The position numbers were made by a program, and so were the translations under genes. Positions 63,008 to 64,000 of a stretch of 64,000 bases of DNA are shown here, piece by piece. Position 1 is the stretch's first letter. Every line of letters begins with the position of its first letter. The stretch is from Azolla caroliniana (taxonomy: Eukaryota; Plantae; Polypodiophyta): contig JBHGNT010000010.1 of the NCBI GenBank assembly GCA_043228905.1, positions 17,608,001 through 17,672,000 of the forward strand. Reading direction: 5' to 3'. The notes beneath the pieces were generated by a model that did not search any database, had not been told where the DNA came from, and saw nothing but the letters and a program-made list of their open reading frames with translations.

Positions 63008-63170
63008 TACTACGTATGTATGTATGTATGTATTTATACGTACGTACGTACGTATTTATACATACGTATGTGGGGTACGTATTCGTATGTGCATCACAAT
63101 GTATGTACGTACGTATAAAATGTAAGTACGCATTTCGACTCATATGCATATGTACGTACATACACACGCT
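63008..63170. repeat. TACG/TATG-rich alternating purine-pyrimidine tract upstream of the F-box gene
   Basis: tacgtatgtatgtatg...tacgtacgtacgta...tacgtacgta. Confidence 0.85.
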
Positions 63171-63299
63171 CGTGTCTTGACTCTTATTACAATACAAATA
63201 TTAGAGAGGGCAAGTGAGTGGGCGCGGACGGACGGTGCAGGTCAGCTAAGCTAATGGATGGCGCGCGCGATCTCCACCGTCCGATGTGGATAAAAAAAA

Positions 63300-63500
63300 C
63301 ACTGACAGCGTTCGTCACCAGCAGCCCGACTCTCTCACAGCTTCTCTGTCACAAGGAGCCCCGCTCTGTTGTCAGACAACCCTCTGTAACCTAGAGCTCG
63401 ACTCTGTCAACAAAGAGCCCCGCTGCCTGACAACCTCTGTCACCAGGAGCCTGACTGACTCAGGGCAAGACCCCAGCTCATACCATGAGCCCGACTCAGA
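63300..63500. repeat. Short degenerate repeat array (GAGCCCGACTCTGTCAC-like)
   Basis: About six gagcc(c)gact / ctctgtcac units; possibly the subterminal repeats of a DNA transposon. Confidence 0.55.
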
Positions 63501-64000
63501 AACAAACTCCAAAAAACTTTTAAGTGTACAACAAATATTTGCGATGAAAATTATGCATAAAGATTACTCAAAAAAACAAACCCCAACTTCCAATTGCACA
63601 AAACCTAAAACTTAAAACTCAAAAATCACACAAACTTATATCTCCAGGCTTCAACTAACAAATCAACTTAAAGTTTCAAATAACAAGTCTTACATAAAAG
63701 ATCAAAACATCAAATGTCGACAATGGGAATAATCCAAACCAAAAACCCTAAAATGAAATAGGAATACACACATTACATTTTAAGATTATGGCTCATGTCA
63801 GGATGATAGAAAAATGCAACCACAATTTTTACAATATGTAACAATCGAGTCCCTTGAAGTCAAGGTCAAGCCCATCGCAACGCAAATACCGAACCTTGTC
63901 ATGGTCACATATTGACAGTTGCCTCCTAGCCCAACTTGCACCTCTTTGTAGTTTTCTGGTGTGGGATTTGGAAATGTTTGGGGAGTTGTCAATAAGTTCT

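Noticed and set aside
62559-63125. 188-aa plus-strand ORF
   Set aside because: Antisense shadow of the F-box CDS running into a simple repeat.

Overview
Eukaryotic land-plant DNA; the PLS-type PPR relic, Copia Gag style and compact spliced genes look fern-like (inference). Four host genes were reconstructed by hand from splice sites: a 10-exon aldehyde dehydrogenase family 2 gene (-, 1115-7471, with a GC-AG intron and an intronic hAT MITE), an 8-exon hydroxyproline O-arabinosyltransferase (+, 32691-36329), a multi-exon PHAF1/UPF0183-family gene (-, 38377-43747) and an intronless F-box/LRR gene (-, 61847-62935). Most of the rest is transposon-derived. At 8.5-20.7 kb an old LINE carries a tRNA-derived SINE, a second LINE inserted at the SINE's (GA)n tail, and a full-length Copia. 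At 26.3-32.1 kb there is a Copia-in-Copia stack that ends in a library-adapter remnant and a 100-N gap. A very young intact Copia lies at 44694-50281. The most unusual object is 50805-52298: TG...CA ends and a 5-bp TSD like an integrase product, but with about 300-bp INVERTED arms, each carrying a tRNA-like Pol III box set, heat-shock-element-like repeats and an inward-facing TATA box. All alignments and counts were done by eye and no database searches were run.
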